From Thermotogota bacterium (GTDB lineage: Bacteria > Thermotogota > Thermotogae > MWEM01): DNA of 64,000 nucleotides. The translations under genes were made by a program, and so were the position numbers. The notes beneath the pieces are model-generated. The model made no database searches and was not told the origin of the DNA. It worked only from the letters and a program-made list of their open reading frames with translations. Positions 37,751-47,987 of the stretch are shown here, in pieces (the stretch's first letter is position 1; each line of letters begins with the position of its first letter). Location of the stretch: NCBI GenBank assembly GCA_035447925.1, contig DAOTHY010000001.1, forward strand, positions 108,300 to 172,299, given 5' to 3'.

Positions 37751-39532
37751 GTGATTGTAACTAAAAAAATGAGTCCAAAACAAATTTTAAAACAATACTA
37801 CGGCTATGACGAATTTCGATCAGGACAAGAAGCTATTATCGAATCGATCTTGAGCAAAAAAGACACCATGGCGGTTATGCCAACTGGAACTGGAAAATCA
37901 CTGTGTTTTCAGATTCCTGCATTGATATTTGAAGGGAAAAGCATTGTCATATCACCACTTATTTCTTTGATGAAAGACCAAGTGGATAATCTTCGAACAA
38001 TGGATATTCGGGCGGCTTATATCAATAGTAGTCTTTCTCAGGAGGAAGTGCATTTAAAAACACAGGAATTTGTCAATGGTGACAGCAAGATTCTTTACAT
38101 CGCACCGGAGAGAATGAAAGCTTTTTCTTTTCAAGAAGGAGTATCTTCAATAGAAATAGAACAGGTCGCCGTTGACGAGGCGCATTGTGTATCACAATGG
38201 GGACATGATTTTCGGCCGAGTTATCAATTGATCAGGGAGTTTGTGAATCGTTTAAAAGGTAATCCGGTGATAAGCGCTTTTACGGCGACGGCCACAAAAG
38301 AAGTTAGACAAGACATTGAACAATTATTGGGGCTAAGGCAACCTCGCCTTTTTAATTTGGGAATAAAACGTTCCAATATATACATTGAAGTAATCAAGGG
38401 GCAAAACAAACGAAGATTTCTTGAAAACTTGATTGATAAGCGATATGGCGAATCCGGAATCATTTACTGTTCCACTCGCAAAACAGTAGATGAAATGTAT
38501 CTTTATCTGAAAAAGAAAAACATTAAAATCGGAAAATATCACGCCGGTATGGAATCTGAAGAACGAAAGACAATGCAAGAATCGTTTATTTTAGAGGATA
38601 CCGACATTATGGTTGCAACGAATGCCTTTGGGATGGGGATAGACAAGCCAAATATCAGATATATTGTTCATTACAATATGCCTAAAAATTTAGAATCCTA
38701 TTATCAGGAAATTGGGAGAGCCGGGCGTGATGGCGAGGCTTCACAGGCATATTTGCTATACAGCGAACTGGATAACCGTGTTCAACGCTTTTTGATTGAA
38801 AGATCGGAACTGAAAGATGAAAGACTATTGAGTGTTAATACTAAGCTACAGGATATGATCAATTTTTGTCATACCCATGAGTGTTTATGGAATTCCATTG
38901 CTCATTATTTTGGTGAGGATGTAGAAGGTGAATGCAAAAACTGCAGGAATTGTTTAGACGAAAACCTGATTAAATCAGATATTACCATTGATACACAAAA
39001 GGTACTTTCCTGTGTATATCGAATGAATCAATCTTATGGTGCATCAACGATTGCGAAAGTATTAAAGGGATCAAATAGCTCTAAGATCAAATTAAAAGGA
39101 TTTGAAAGATTGTCAACTTACGGTATAATGAAAGAGATGAAAGAAAGGGATATCAGAGAACTGATCAACTTTCTATCTGCAGAGGGATATCTGGAAGTAA
39201 GTAGCGGTTTATATCCAATTATCAAACTAACAACTCAGTCATGGCAGGTATTGAAAGGAAAAAAAAGAGTCTTTAAAAAGACAAGTTCGTTCAAACATAA
39301 AAACGATCAAGACACACGATTATTCCAGGAATTAAAGGAATTAAGAAAACAGATATCCCTTGAAGAAAATGTTCCGCCTTATATTGTTTTTCCTGATTAT
39401 TCACTTCGGGAAATGAGCTGTTTGAAACCACAAACCGGTGAAGAACTTTTGAGCATAAAAGGAGTCGGGGAAAAGAAACTGCAAAAATACGGACAGAAAT
39501 TTCTTGAATTGATTATGACTTATAAAGGATAA
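37751..39532 (+). CDS. recQ: ATP-dependent DNA helicase RecQ
   Basis: It has the N-terminal YGYDEFRSGQ and Walker A PTGTGKS, the DEAH box (DEAHCVSQWGHDFRPSY) and zinc-binding cysteines (CHTHECLWNS...CKNCRNC). A C-terminal HRDC domain is present. The start may be the ATG at 37769 instead. Confidence 0.9.
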   Translation: MIVTKKMSPKQILKQYYGYDEFRSGQEAIIESILSKKDTMAVMPTGTGKSLCFQIPALIFEGKSIVISPLISLMKDQVDNLRTMDIRAAYINSSLSQEEVHLKTQEFVNGDSKILYIAPERMKAFSFQEGVSSIEIEQVAVDEAHCVSQWGHDFRPSYQLIREFVNRLKGNPVISAFTATATKEVRQDIEQLLGLRQPRLFNLGIKRSNIYIEVIKGQNKRRFLENLIDKRYGESGIIYCSTRKTVDEMYLYLKKKNIKIGKYHAGMESEERKTMQESFILEDTDIMVATNAFGMGIDKPNIRYIVHYNMPKNLESYYQEIGRAGRDGEASQAYLLYSELDNRVQRFLIERSELKDERLLSVNTKLQDMINFCHTHECLWNSIAHYFGEDVEGECKNCRNCLDENLIKSDITIDTQKVLSCVYRMNQSYGASTIAKVLKGSNSSKIKLKGFERLSTYGIMKEMKERDIRELINFLSAEGYLEVSSGLYPIIKLTTQSWQVLKGKKRVFKKTSSFKHKNDQDTRLFQELKELRKQISLEENVPPYIVFPDYSLREMSCLKPQTGEELLSIKGVGEKKLQKYGQKFLELIMTYKG

Positions 39533-39536
39533 AAAA

Positions 39537-40397
39537 ATGGATAATGGATTGATAAAACTGGGTTCCAAGACTTTGACTGATGATCTTGAAAGAATATTTA
39601 ACAATACGATAAGCGAGTACTCATTTAAAACCTTTTTTAATGCCTTGAAAGATGAAAAAAAGGTGTTGGGTTTATTCGTTTATACCAAAGGTTTTCCGAC
39701 AATGTTCATTTATATTTCTCAAACAGGTCCATTTCTGATTGGTCTTTCAAGTACCAATGATGTGCCGAAAAAGGCTGTAACCAAGAAAAGTATTACCATT
39801 CCACAGGAATTTTCAGAAGAATACTGTGAATTATTCAGAAGACTACACGTTCCTCAACCGGAAGAAACGAGCATCAAGATGTTTTTGGGTATGTTCAGCG
39901 AAGCGGTTTCCATACCTTCCTTTTCTTTGGTAGGGAAAAAACGAGAAACGGTGGAACTTTTAAATCGAGAAGGAGTCTATGGAGAAAATTTTCTGTCAGC
40001 TGCTGGACTCTTTTCTGAAGAAAAGCTTTTGAAAATTCTGACTGCTTATGAAAGATGGAAAGAGGAAGGCTATCGATTTGATTTCCAAGATAACAAAGCC
40101 CTTTTTTCAATGAGAATGCCAAAGAAATCAAAAAACACGGAAAACGAAGACCGGGCAATAGCGGCCATGATTAATCACATGCTTTCTAAAACCTATCCGA
40201 ATGTTTTTTTGCCTACAGAAGGTCTTTCTCTCAGCGGTGTTCCGAATGTTTTAACGACTTTTTTTATCAAATTCGATAGATTACCAAAATTTCTTTCAAA
40301 CTTAGATCCCTTTATTGCACGCTTTAACAAATCGTCAGGTGAAATTGATACGATTATTGAAGAAATATTAGTTCCTAAGATGAATTTTCTAAAGTAG
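39537..40397 (+). CDS. Hypothetical protein
   Basis: 286 aa, soluble and probably co-transcribed with recQ (4-nt gap). I recognise no motif. Confidence 0.4.
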   Translation: MDNGLIKLGSKTLTDDLERIFNNTISEYSFKTFFNALKDEKKVLGLFVYTKGFPTMFIYISQTGPFLIGLSSTNDVPKKAVTKKSITIPQEFSEEYCELFRRLHVPQPEETSIKMFLGMFSEAVSIPSFSLVGKKRETVELLNREGVYGENFLSAAGLFSEEKLLKILTAYERWKEEGYRFDFQDNKALFSMRMPKKSKNTENEDRAIAAMINHMLSKTYPNVFLPTEGLSLSGVPNVLTTFFIKFDRLPKFLSNLDPFIARFNKSSGEIDTIIEEILVPKMNFLK

Positions 40398-40426
40398 GTG
40401 CTTGATGAACATTTTAGAGGATCAAA

Positions 40427-41011
40427 ATGCAGACTTTATCCATTATTGCTGGAATATTTAAAAATCATAAGATAGAATTGGTAGAAGATGCTCGGACGAG
40501 ATATACACCTGCGAAGGTCAAGAATGCGGTTTTTTCCATATTAGAATCAAGAAAAGATATCAATGGTTCCATGTTTCTTGATTTATGTGCCGGTAGTGGG
40601 CAAATGGGTTTTGAAGCACTTAGTCGTGGTGCTTCACTGATTCATTTTGTGGATATCTCAAGTCATTCGATTAAAACTCTTAAAAACAATGTTCAAAAGC
40701 TGATGGTTTGTGACCAGGTCAGACTATTCAAAAAAGATGTGATTCGTTTTTTAAGCAGTCCTCCACAAACATACGATTTGATCTTTATCGATCCGCCATT
40801 TACTGAAATTTTATTTAATAAAATTGTCAGAAAATTACTCGAAACTGATTCGATTTTAAAAGACAATGGAAGAATCATCGTAGAGTCTGAAAAAGGATTT
40901 AGCGTTGATCATTCAGATCTATATGAATTAGAGGATGCATATCTCTATTCATCGATAAAAATAGAAATATTCAAGAGAAAGGAGAAAATAGATGAACATA
41001 GTAGGTGTTGA
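40427..41011 (+). CDS. rsmD: 16S rRNA (guanine966-N2)-methyltransferase RsmD
   Basis: SAM motif DLCAGSGQMGFEALSRGA and the catalytic DPPF. Confidence 0.8.
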   Translation: MQTLSIIAGIFKNHKIELVEDARTRYTPAKVKNAVFSILESRKDINGSMFLDLCAGSGQMGFEALSRGASLIHFVDISSHSIKTLKNNVQKLMVCDQVRLFKKDVIRFLSSPPQTYDLIFIDPPFTEILFNKIVRKLLETDSILKDNGRIIVESEKGFSVDHSDLYELEDAYLYSSIKIEIFKRKEKIDEHSRC

Positions 41012-41927
41012 TTTAGGTGGAACGAATATCAAAGCCGCTTTAGTTGATGAAAGTGGTGAAATTAGTATGCAAAAAACGACAAAGACCTTTGCCAACGAAG
41101 GAACTGAAATGATCTGTGATCGCATTATTGAACTGATAAAAGACTTAGCTCAGAATGAAGTTGTAAAAGTTGGTATTGGTTCTCCCGGTTCAATAGATAG
41201 AGAAAACGGTGTGATTAAATACGCTAACAACATTACAGCTTTAAATGGTGTCAAAATTGTTCAAAAGATAAAAGAAAAGACAGGTTTTGATGCCTATCTT
41301 GAAAACGATGCCAAAGCAGCAGCTCTCGGTGAAAAATGGTTTGGTTCCGCAAAAAATACTGAAAATTTTATCGTTTTAACCTTAGGTACGGGTGTGGGTG
41401 GCGGTGCATATACTGAAGGCCATTTGATTGTAGGTGGACATGGATTTGGTGGAGAAATCGGACATATGATTGTTGATCCTAGTGGTCCAGTTTGTAGTTG
41501 TGGCAGTAAGGGGTGCCTGGAAACTTTTTCGTCTGTTACCGGAATGAGGGAGTGGGTTAAGATTTTCAAAGAGCGGTATCCCGATTCGCTTGTTTTTAAA
41601 CATTCTGAAAATGGCTTTATTGATGCGAAGGCCATTTTTGATGCATATAAGGAAGGCGATCGCTTGGCAACATTGGTTGTAAGGAAGTTTAACTGGGGGT
41701 TGGGTATTGGAATTGGATCTTTGGTGAACATTTTCAATCCCGATTTAATAATTTTATCAGGGGGAATATCAAGGGCAAATGATATCTTTCTTGAGGAAGT
41801 TAAGCAAGTAGCACATGAACATACATATCCATCATTATCTCATTCTTATGATATAATAATCAGCGAATTAAAAGAAAAAGGAGCAATCTTGGGAGCTGCT
41901 TCAGTGGCGCTAGAGAGAACCAAATAA
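40992..41927 (+). CDS. glcK: ROK-family glucokinase
   Basis: N-terminal ATP motif (VGVDLGGTNIK) and the ROK zinc motif (GHGFGGEIGHM...CSCGSKGCLE). Confidence 0.8.
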   Translation: MNIVGVDLGGTNIKAALVDESGEISMQKTTKTFANEGTEMICDRIIELIKDLAQNEVVKVGIGSPGSIDRENGVIKYANNITALNGVKIVQKIKEKTGFDAYLENDAKAAALGEKWFGSAKNTENFIVLTLGTGVGGGAYTEGHLIVGGHGFGGEIGHMIVDPSGPVCSCGSKGCLETFSSVTGMREWVKIFKERYPDSLVFKHSENGFIDAKAIFDAYKEGDRLATLVVRKFNWGLGIGIGSLVNIFNPDLIILSGGISRANDIFLEEVKQVAHEHTYPSLSHSYDIIISELKEKGAILGAASVALERTK

Positions 41928-41953
41928 TCTTTATCTTACTACGGAGGTGTGGT

Positions 41954-42895
41954 ATGTCAGTAAATCTAAAGGGAAGAGATTTGATTAGTATTAAAAACTT
42001 GACCCCGGAGGAGTTTTTCCAGTTTATCGAAACAGCCATTTCGTTAAAAACAGGCCTAAACATGGGTCAAAGGCCGGATATCTTGAAGAACAAAACCCTA
42101 GCTGAGATTTTTCAAAAACCGTCTCTAAGAACAAGGGTTTCTTTCGAGTCATCAATGACCCATCTGGGAGGACATGGTATTTATTTAGGACCCGATGATA
42201 TTAAATTGGGACAAAGGGAAACAACTGAGGACATTGCGAAAGTGCTTTCAGGTATGGTAGACGTAATCATGGCAAGGGTATTCGAAAACAAAACAGTCAA
42301 GGAACTTGCTCAATATGCAACAGTACCTGTAATCAACGGATTGTGTGACTACGAACATCCCACTCAAGCTTTAGGTGACTTTTTAACAATTTACGAGAAA
42401 TTTAGACGTTTTGAAGGGTTAAAAATTGCATATATCGGTGACGGAAATAATGTTTGCAATTCCACCATCTTTTCCGCCGCTTTGATGGGAACACATATCA
42501 CAGCCATAACAGCACCCGGATTTGAACCCACACCGGATGTCATAAGTGATGCTGAAAAATTAGTGGAAAAGTACAATACTGGTTCAAAGATAGCGGTTAC
42601 CAATGATGTAGATGAAGGCATAAATGATGCAGATATTGTCTATACGGATGTTTGGGCAAGTATGGGCCAAGAGGCCGAAGCCGAAGAAAAGAAAAAGAAA
42701 TTTCTCGCTTATCAGGTTGACATGGAAAAATTCAACAAAGCTAAACCTACTGCTATCTTTATGCACTGCTTGCCCGCTCATTATGGTGAAGAGTGCACGC
42801 ATGAGGTTGCTCATCATGCAAGAAGTGTCATTTTTGACGAGGCTGCAAACAGAATGCACTCAATAAAAGCAATATTGGCATTAGTTACCCCATAA
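41954..42895 (+). CDS. argF: Ornithine carbamoyltransferase-like (ATCase/OTCase family)
   Basis: The carbamoyl-phosphate site STRTR, the HPTQ motif and the OTCase-type HCLPA motif are all present. Confidence 0.75.
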   Translation: MSVNLKGRDLISIKNLTPEEFFQFIETAISLKTGLNMGQRPDILKNKTLAEIFQKPSLRTRVSFESSMTHLGGHGIYLGPDDIKLGQRETTEDIAKVLSGMVDVIMARVFENKTVKELAQYATVPVINGLCDYEHPTQALGDFLTIYEKFRRFEGLKIAYIGDGNNVCNSTIFSAALMGTHITAITAPGFEPTPDVISDAEKLVEKYNTGSKIAVTNDVDEGINDADIVYTDVWASMGQEAEAEEKKKKFLAYQVDMEKFNKAKPTAIFMHCLPAHYGEECTHEVAHHARSVIFDEAANRMHSIKAILALVTP

Positions 42896-42908
42896 CCAAT
42901 AAAAATTC

Positions 42909-42936
42909 AGGGGCAATGATTCATTGCCCCTTTTTG
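42909..42936 (+). terminator. Rho-independent terminator after argF-like gene
   Basis: Hairpin AGGGGCAATG-att-CATTGCCCCT followed by TTTTT. Confidence 0.75.
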
Positions 42937-42967
42937 ATGATTTCAATTACTTCAAACAAAGGGGACA

Positions 42968-43726
42968 ATGATGATGAAAAAGATGAACTCAATACTCTTT
43001 TTTTTCTACACCATTTATTATCTTTTTGCGGCAGTGATCCTGTTGTTGTACGGATATATACAACTAAAAAAAGCTCTTAAAATAGAAAAAAAGAATGGGA
43101 AAGCGGCTGCTCAAAAATATATCAGAAAACGTTCTCCCGGATTTTCAAGGAGATTATTTACTTGGTGTGGCATTCATCCACAAATTCAACAATTGGATAA
43201 TATTCCTTCTCAGGATAATTATATTATTTGTATGAATCATCAGAGTTATCTTGATCCCATGTTAATCCTGGGATTTATATCAGAAAACATTTTTTTACTT
43301 GCCAAAGAAGAACTGAACCGTGCTCCTTTCTTCAAAGAGGCTATGAAATTATTTTGTATCACCATTGACAGAGATGACCCCAAAAATGCGGTCAAGGCAT
43401 TAAGAAAGATTTTGGAATACTTAAAAAATGGCGAAAGCATAGGACTCTTTCCCGAAGGAACACGGACAAAAGACAACTTAATCGCAACTTTTGCCCCTGG
43501 CAGTTTAAAAATTGCCTATAAGAGCAAAAAAATACTCGTCCCCCTTGTTGTGGATGGAACAGGCGATGCTATGCCCAGAAAAAGTTGGATCGTCCGACCT
43601 GCGAAAATACAGGCTATTATCCTTGAACCTGTTCACCCTGATGATTTTCCATCATACGAAGTATATGAATCAACCATTCAAGAAAGAATGCAACAAGGAT
43701 TAAATAGCCTGAGACTTGGTCATTAG
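42968..43726 (+). CDS. plsC: 1-acyl-sn-glycerol-3-phosphate acyltransferase
   Basis: LPLAT motifs NHQSYLD and FPEGTRT, with an N-terminal TM anchor. Confidence 0.8.
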   Translation: MMMKKMNSILFFFYTIYYLFAAVILLLYGYIQLKKALKIEKKNGKAAAQKYIRKRSPGFSRRLFTWCGIHPQIQQLDNIPSQDNYIICMNHQSYLDPMLILGFISENIFLLAKEELNRAPFFKEAMKLFCITIDRDDPKNAVKALRKILEYLKNGESIGLFPEGTRTKDNLIATFAPGSLKIAYKSKKILVPLVVDGTGDAMPRKSWIVRPAKIQAIILEPVHPDDFPSYEVYESTIQERMQQGLNSLRLGH

Positions 43727-43765
43727 TCCAAACGATAGGGCTTCTGGATTCTCGTTCAGGTATCC

Positions 43766-44773
43766 TCACCAAAATTCCGGTTTTGGTTTTCTTTCCATTA
43801 AATCTTCGATGCATTTTAAAGGGTCGCTATCCTCATAAAGTACCTGATAGACCTTTTCAGCAATGGGCATTTCAATTTTTTTAGTTTTCAGTATTTTCAT
43901 TAGAGCCTTGACCGTGTAAATACCTTCAGCAACCATGTTCATATTTGATAGAATCTGGTCGATTTTTTTCCCCTTTCCAATCTCTTCACCTACATATCTG
44001 TTTCTACTGTGTTTACTCGTACAGGTGACAATCATGTCGCCGATTCCGGAAAGCCCCATAAAAGTTTCTCTTTTAGCTCCCAGAAACTCTCCAAAACGTC
44101 TCATTTCCATGATCGCCCTTGTAATCAGTGCCGCTTTTGTATTATCCCAGGGTCCAAGACCGTCAATAATGCCAGAAGCAATGGCGTAAATATTCTTCAG
44201 TGCCCCACATAGCTCTACACCGACGACATCGTCGTTTGTATAAACACGAAAATAATCGGTGCTGAATATTGCTTGTACTTCTTTTAGAGTATCTCGATTA
44301 TGGCCCGCTGCGACAATATTAGTAGGAATCATATCCAATACTTCTTCTGCGTGTGTTGGGCCTGAGAGTGAACAATAGGGCGCTTTTTCACCGAAATGTT
44401 CCTGACAAATCTGGTGGATGAATTGACCGGTTTCTATTTCGATCCCTTTGGATAAATTGACGATGGTCTTTTCTGTAGGAGGCAATTCACTTATTACTGT
44501 TCTCACTGCCTGTGTGGGTATCGCAATGACGATCATCTCTGCTTTTTGGATAGCCTGATGCAGATCATTCGTTAGACAGATGTTTTGGGGTAATTTTTTT
44601 CCAGGGAAATAATAAGGGTTTTCGTTCCATCTCATACTTTCGATGACTCTTTCGTCTTTTGTCCATCCAACCATATCATGACCCCTTAAGGCTAATAATC
44701 TCGAAATGGCAGTTCCCCAACTACCAAAACCTAAAACGGTGATCCTCACGATTATTCCTCCCTTTGATAGCAA
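43766..44773 (-). CDS. gpsA: NAD(P)H-dependent glycerol-3-phosphate dehydrogenase
   Basis: N-terminal Rossmann motif (ITVLGFGSWGTAI) plus typical GpsA core motifs. Confidence 0.85.
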   Translation of the reverse strand: MLSKGGIIVRITVLGFGSWGTAISRLLALRGHDMVGWTKDERVIESMRWNENPYYFPGKKLPQNICLTNDLHQAIQKAEMIVIAIPTQAVRTVISELPPTEKTIVNLSKGIEIETGQFIHQICQEHFGEKAPYCSLSGPTHAEEVLDMIPTNIVAAGHNRDTLKEVQAIFSTDYFRVYTNDDVVGVELCGALKNIYAIASGIIDGLGPWDNTKAALITRAIMEMRRFGEFLGAKRETFMGLSGIGDMIVTCTSKHSRNRYVGEEIGKGKKIDQILSNMNMVAEGIYTVKALMKILKTKKIEMPIAEKVYQVLYEDSDPLKCIEDLMERKPKPEFW

Positions 44774-44775
44774 TT

Positions 44776-45555
44776 TTATGTGTTGTTTATTGTCTTTCGT
44801 ACTGCATCCAGATATGCTTTCATAGCTATGAAATCACGTTTTTCAATGATTTCGGTTAGAGTATTTAATTGAGAATGGATCAGCTTGATTTGTTTAGTGG
44901 TATAGGGGTTGAAAAGTATCTCTGCCAGTAAATAATCATCTTCATTCATCAAATTTTGTGCAATGTGCATATGTTTTTTAAATGTTGTGCCCGGTACAGC
45001 TTTTTCCTTTAGGCAACTACCAAATACCAAAGAAGAAATAAAGGGTGTAGCCAATGAATAAGCCATGATTTGATCATGATCTTCAAATGAATACTCATAC
45101 AGATTTAGTCTCAAAGAATTGAAAAAAGCTTTAAAAAAAGAATGACCGATTTCATCGGATTCTTTAATAATAACTGCGTTTTCTGAAGTAAGATCGTTAA
45201 TATTGGCAAATGTGGGACCAAACATGGGATGAGTAGAAACGAAACGATGGGAATGGTTCTGATAAAAAACTTTAAGTCCGTATTTTACAGATGTAATATC
45301 CGACAGAATTGTGGAATCAGGAATCAACGACATAATTTCTTCAAAGGCGATAATGGTTTTGTTTAGAGTGACGCAATTAATAACCATTTCAGGTTCAAAT
45401 TCTTTTAACTCTTTCAAAACCGAAAAACGTTTGACATGATACAAGTGTTTCATTTGTTTTGGATCCGGATCGTAAATCGCTACTTCATGGTCTTGATTTA
45501 ACTCCTCAGCAAACCATTTCCCCATTTTCCCGGCGCCTAAGATAAATATCTTCAT
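44776..45555 (-). CDS. tyrA: Prephenate dehydrogenase-like NAD(P)-binding protein
   Basis: Rossmann ILGAGKMG and the HPMFGP motif typical of prephenate/arogenate dehydrogenases. Confidence 0.6.
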   Translation of the reverse strand: MKIFILGAGKMGKWFAEELNQDHEVAIYDPDPKQMKHLYHVKRFSVLKELKEFEPEMVINCVTLNKTIIAFEEIMSLIPDSTILSDITSVKYGLKVFYQNHSHRFVSTHPMFGPTFANINDLTSENAVIIKESDEIGHSFFKAFFNSLRLNLYEYSFEDHDQIMAYSLATPFISSLVFGSCLKEKAVPGTTFKKHMHIAQNLMNEDDYLLAEILFNPYTTKQIKLIHSQLNTLTEIIEKRDFIAMKAYLDAVRKTINNT

Positions 45556-45632
45556 AGATTCCCCTCTCTTGATTAAAAAATGAAAAGCTCAGCACATTGT
45601 ATCACAACGAATCAGTAACCGGTTTATCTGTG

Positions 45633-47987
45633 TTATGGTATTTGTTTCCAAAAATGATCAAGAATGGATCTGATTTCTTTTTCATTTCTGATACTAATGG
45701 CATGAGACCAATCGGCAGGAAAAATGAACGGGTAAGGTTTTCTGATAAAGCGTTCGTCTATGAGAATAACTGCTCCCTTATCATCATGTGATCGAATCAC
45801 TCTGCCAACTGCTTGCATAACTTTGTTGGCTCCAGGAATAATATAGGCGTATTCCCAACCTTTCCCCAGTTTTTCTTGATAATAGTCTTTTATAATATCT
45901 CTGTCAAATCCAATTTGAGGCAAACCAACTCCAACAATGATGGCTCCGCTTAATCGACTGCCGATTAGATCGATTCCTTCACCAAAAATCCCGCCCATCA
46001 AGACAAAACCGACAAAAGTCTGTTCGGGGGAGTGTTTGAAAGCATCTAAAAATGCTTCTCTTTCAGATTCGCTCATGAGAGGTGTTTGCATCCTTGTTAA
46101 GATATGTGGGCATTTTTCTGTGAACAAATGGTAGATCATTTCCATGTATTTGTAGGATGGGAAAAAAACCATATAGTTACCCGTGTGTTTGGTCATCAGT
46201 TCGATATTCTTTACGATAGCAGCTGCAGAGTATATTCTCGCATGGTATTTAGTGGAAATCTTAGAATTAACCAGTAAACAAAGTCTTTGTTGATTAAACG
46301 GCGACCTAAGAATCAGAGAATAATCGTCATCTTTAGAACCAAACAACTGTTTGTAATAATCCAGAGGTGATAATGTTGCAGAAAAAAAAACGCATGAGCT
46401 TCCTTTTTCTATCATTTCTCTAATATGAAGAGAAGGATCGATACAGTAAAGGGTTAAAGTTTCTTCGGTATTATCGTAAATGGTGATATAATGATCGTCA
46501 TATCTTTCCATTGCATTATTGAAGGTGTTTAATTCGAAAAAGTAATCAGTGAGTTTTTCCTTTAACGCATCAAACCCAGGCGTCATCAGGTAAGAAGCAA
46601 TTTCTTTTAAAACTGTTTCAAGGGGTTCTTTGATATCTTCAGGCAGTTCTTTTTTTTTCCATTTTGTCTCCAAATTCTCATTGAGGAAATAATAAGCGAC
46701 CTCTGTTTCCAATTTTCTGGCACTGATGGCTATTTTTGACTCAGTATGCCTGACATCGTTTCGCAATTTGCGTAAACGATCAAGGGAGAGAGGTGCTGAA
46801 TACATTTCTCTTGATCTATCTGGAAGGTTGTGGGCTTCATCGATCAAAAAGATATAAGGTCCTTTTTCTTCAAAATATCGTCTCAGATAAGCCCGTGGAT
46901 CGAATAAATAATTATAATCGCAAATAATGCAATCCGAAAACTCTGACAAATCCAATGAAAGCTCATAAGGGCAAATTGAAAATCGCTTTGCATGCTCTTG
47001 TATCATTCTGCGGCTGTAATGTCCTTCTTCTTTTATTATTTCAAGTAAAGCATCGTTAATCCTGTTATAATGGCCATTGGCATAAGGACAACTGTAAGGA
47101 TTACATTTGAATTCCTGATTGATACACATTTTTTCTTTGGCTGTGATCACGATTGATTTTAATTTTAGTCCTTTTGTTCTTAGAAGATTTAGGGTGTTTT
47201 CTACAGTCTGTCGAGTGATGGTTTTAGAAGTAAGATAAAAAAGAGGACCGGCCAAGTTTTTCTCCATGGCTTTAATTGATGGAAATAGCGTTGCCAGAGT
47301 TTTACCGGTTCCGGTAGGTGCTTGTGCAAATAATTTCTTGTTGTCCTTTATTGTATGGTATACCATAATGGAGAACCTTCTCTGACCTTCCCGGAAATGA
47401 GGGAAAGGGAATTGCAGATTCTTGATGCTGGTATTTCTCAGCTCAATCCAGTCATCTTTTAACTTTAACCATTTGGAATATAGAACACACAATTCATTGA
47501 AAAAATTCTCAAGGACTTCTTTGGAGTAAAAAAAATCAAGATGCTTCATGTCTTCCGTATCGATGTTAAAGTAAGTGATTCGCAAATGAACAGATTCCAA
47601 TTTTTCTCTGCTACAAATCATATGACCATAACACATACACTGTCTAAGGTGGTTTTGATCCAAAATAGCATCAATATCTTCCAAAGGTACTTTTGTTGTT
47701 TTTATTTCATCAACTGTTATTTCTTTCTGATGAGTGTGTATTCCATCGGCTCTTCCGAATATTGATAACAACATTTTTTGGTTTTGATAAATGCCGTTCA
47801 AATAGACTTCACTTTCATATTTTCCTGGAAAACTGTCTTCATACTGTTTTTGAATTCGCTTATGTGCTTTAGTCCCAATAGTGGCTCTTTCTCTCATATC
47901 CGGGGCATTGAAGCGATTATCTAGATTTCCCGATCTGAATAAAAATTCAATAAGTTCCCTAACCGATACCGAATGCTCTTTCAACAA
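45633..47987 (-). CDS. DinG/XPD(Rad3)-family Fe-S DNA helicase fused to N-terminal RecB/Cas4-like PD-(D/E)XK nuclease domain
   Basis: The N-terminal ~190 aa carries SVSVRELIEF (an SxSxL..Y/F-like nuclease N-motif), GRADGI (GxhD), VDEIKTTK (D/E-x-K) and a CxC..C cluster (CMCYGHMIC). The helicase has Walker A (AQAPTGTGKTLA), an XPD-type 4-Cys Fe-S insertion (C..C..C...C) and DEAHNL. The TTG start at 47987 has an AAGGAG RBS and overlaps the upstream gene stop. Confidence 0.7.
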   Translation of the reverse strand: MLKEHSVSVRELIEFLFRSGNLDNRFNAPDMRERATIGTKAHKRIQKQYEDSFPGKYESEVYLNGIYQNQKMLLSIFGRADGIHTHQKEITVDEIKTTKVPLEDIDAILDQNHLRQCMCYGHMICSREKLESVHLRITYFNIDTEDMKHLDFFYSKEVLENFFNELCVLYSKWLKLKDDWIELRNTSIKNLQFPFPHFREGQRRFSIMVYHTIKDNKKLFAQAPTGTGKTLATLFPSIKAMEKNLAGPLFYLTSKTITRQTVENTLNLLRTKGLKLKSIVITAKEKMCINQEFKCNPYSCPYANGHYNRINDALLEIIKEEGHYSRRMIQEHAKRFSICPYELSLDLSEFSDCIICDYNYLFDPRAYLRRYFEEKGPYIFLIDEAHNLPDRSREMYSAPLSLDRLRKLRNDVRHTESKIAISARKLETEVAYYFLNENLETKWKKKELPEDIKEPLETVLKEIASYLMTPGFDALKEKLTDYFFELNTFNNAMERYDDHYITIYDNTEETLTLYCIDPSLHIREMIEKGSSCVFFSATLSPLDYYKQLFGSKDDDYSLILRSPFNQQRLCLLVNSKISTKYHARIYSAAAIVKNIELMTKHTGNYMVFFPSYKYMEMIYHLFTEKCPHILTRMQTPLMSESEREAFLDAFKHSPEQTFVGFVLMGGIFGEGIDLIGSRLSGAIIVGVGLPQIGFDRDIIKDYYQEKLGKGWEYAYIIPGANKVMQAVGRVIRSHDDKGAVILIDERFIRKPYPFIFPADWSHAISIRNEKEIRSILDHFWKQIP

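Noticed and set aside
37751-37768. GTG start for recQ versus ATG at 37769
   Set aside because: I cannot resolve this from sequence alone. The AAGGAG at 37733 favours the GTG (12-nt spacing), but the ATG gives the canonical MSPKQIL N-terminus. I kept the ORF-track coordinate.
43727-43800. AT-rich hairpin CCAAAATTCCGGTTTTGG between convergent plsC and gpsA
   Set aside because: It overlaps the gpsA C-terminal coding sequence and the stem is weak and A/T-only. I do not call it as a terminator.
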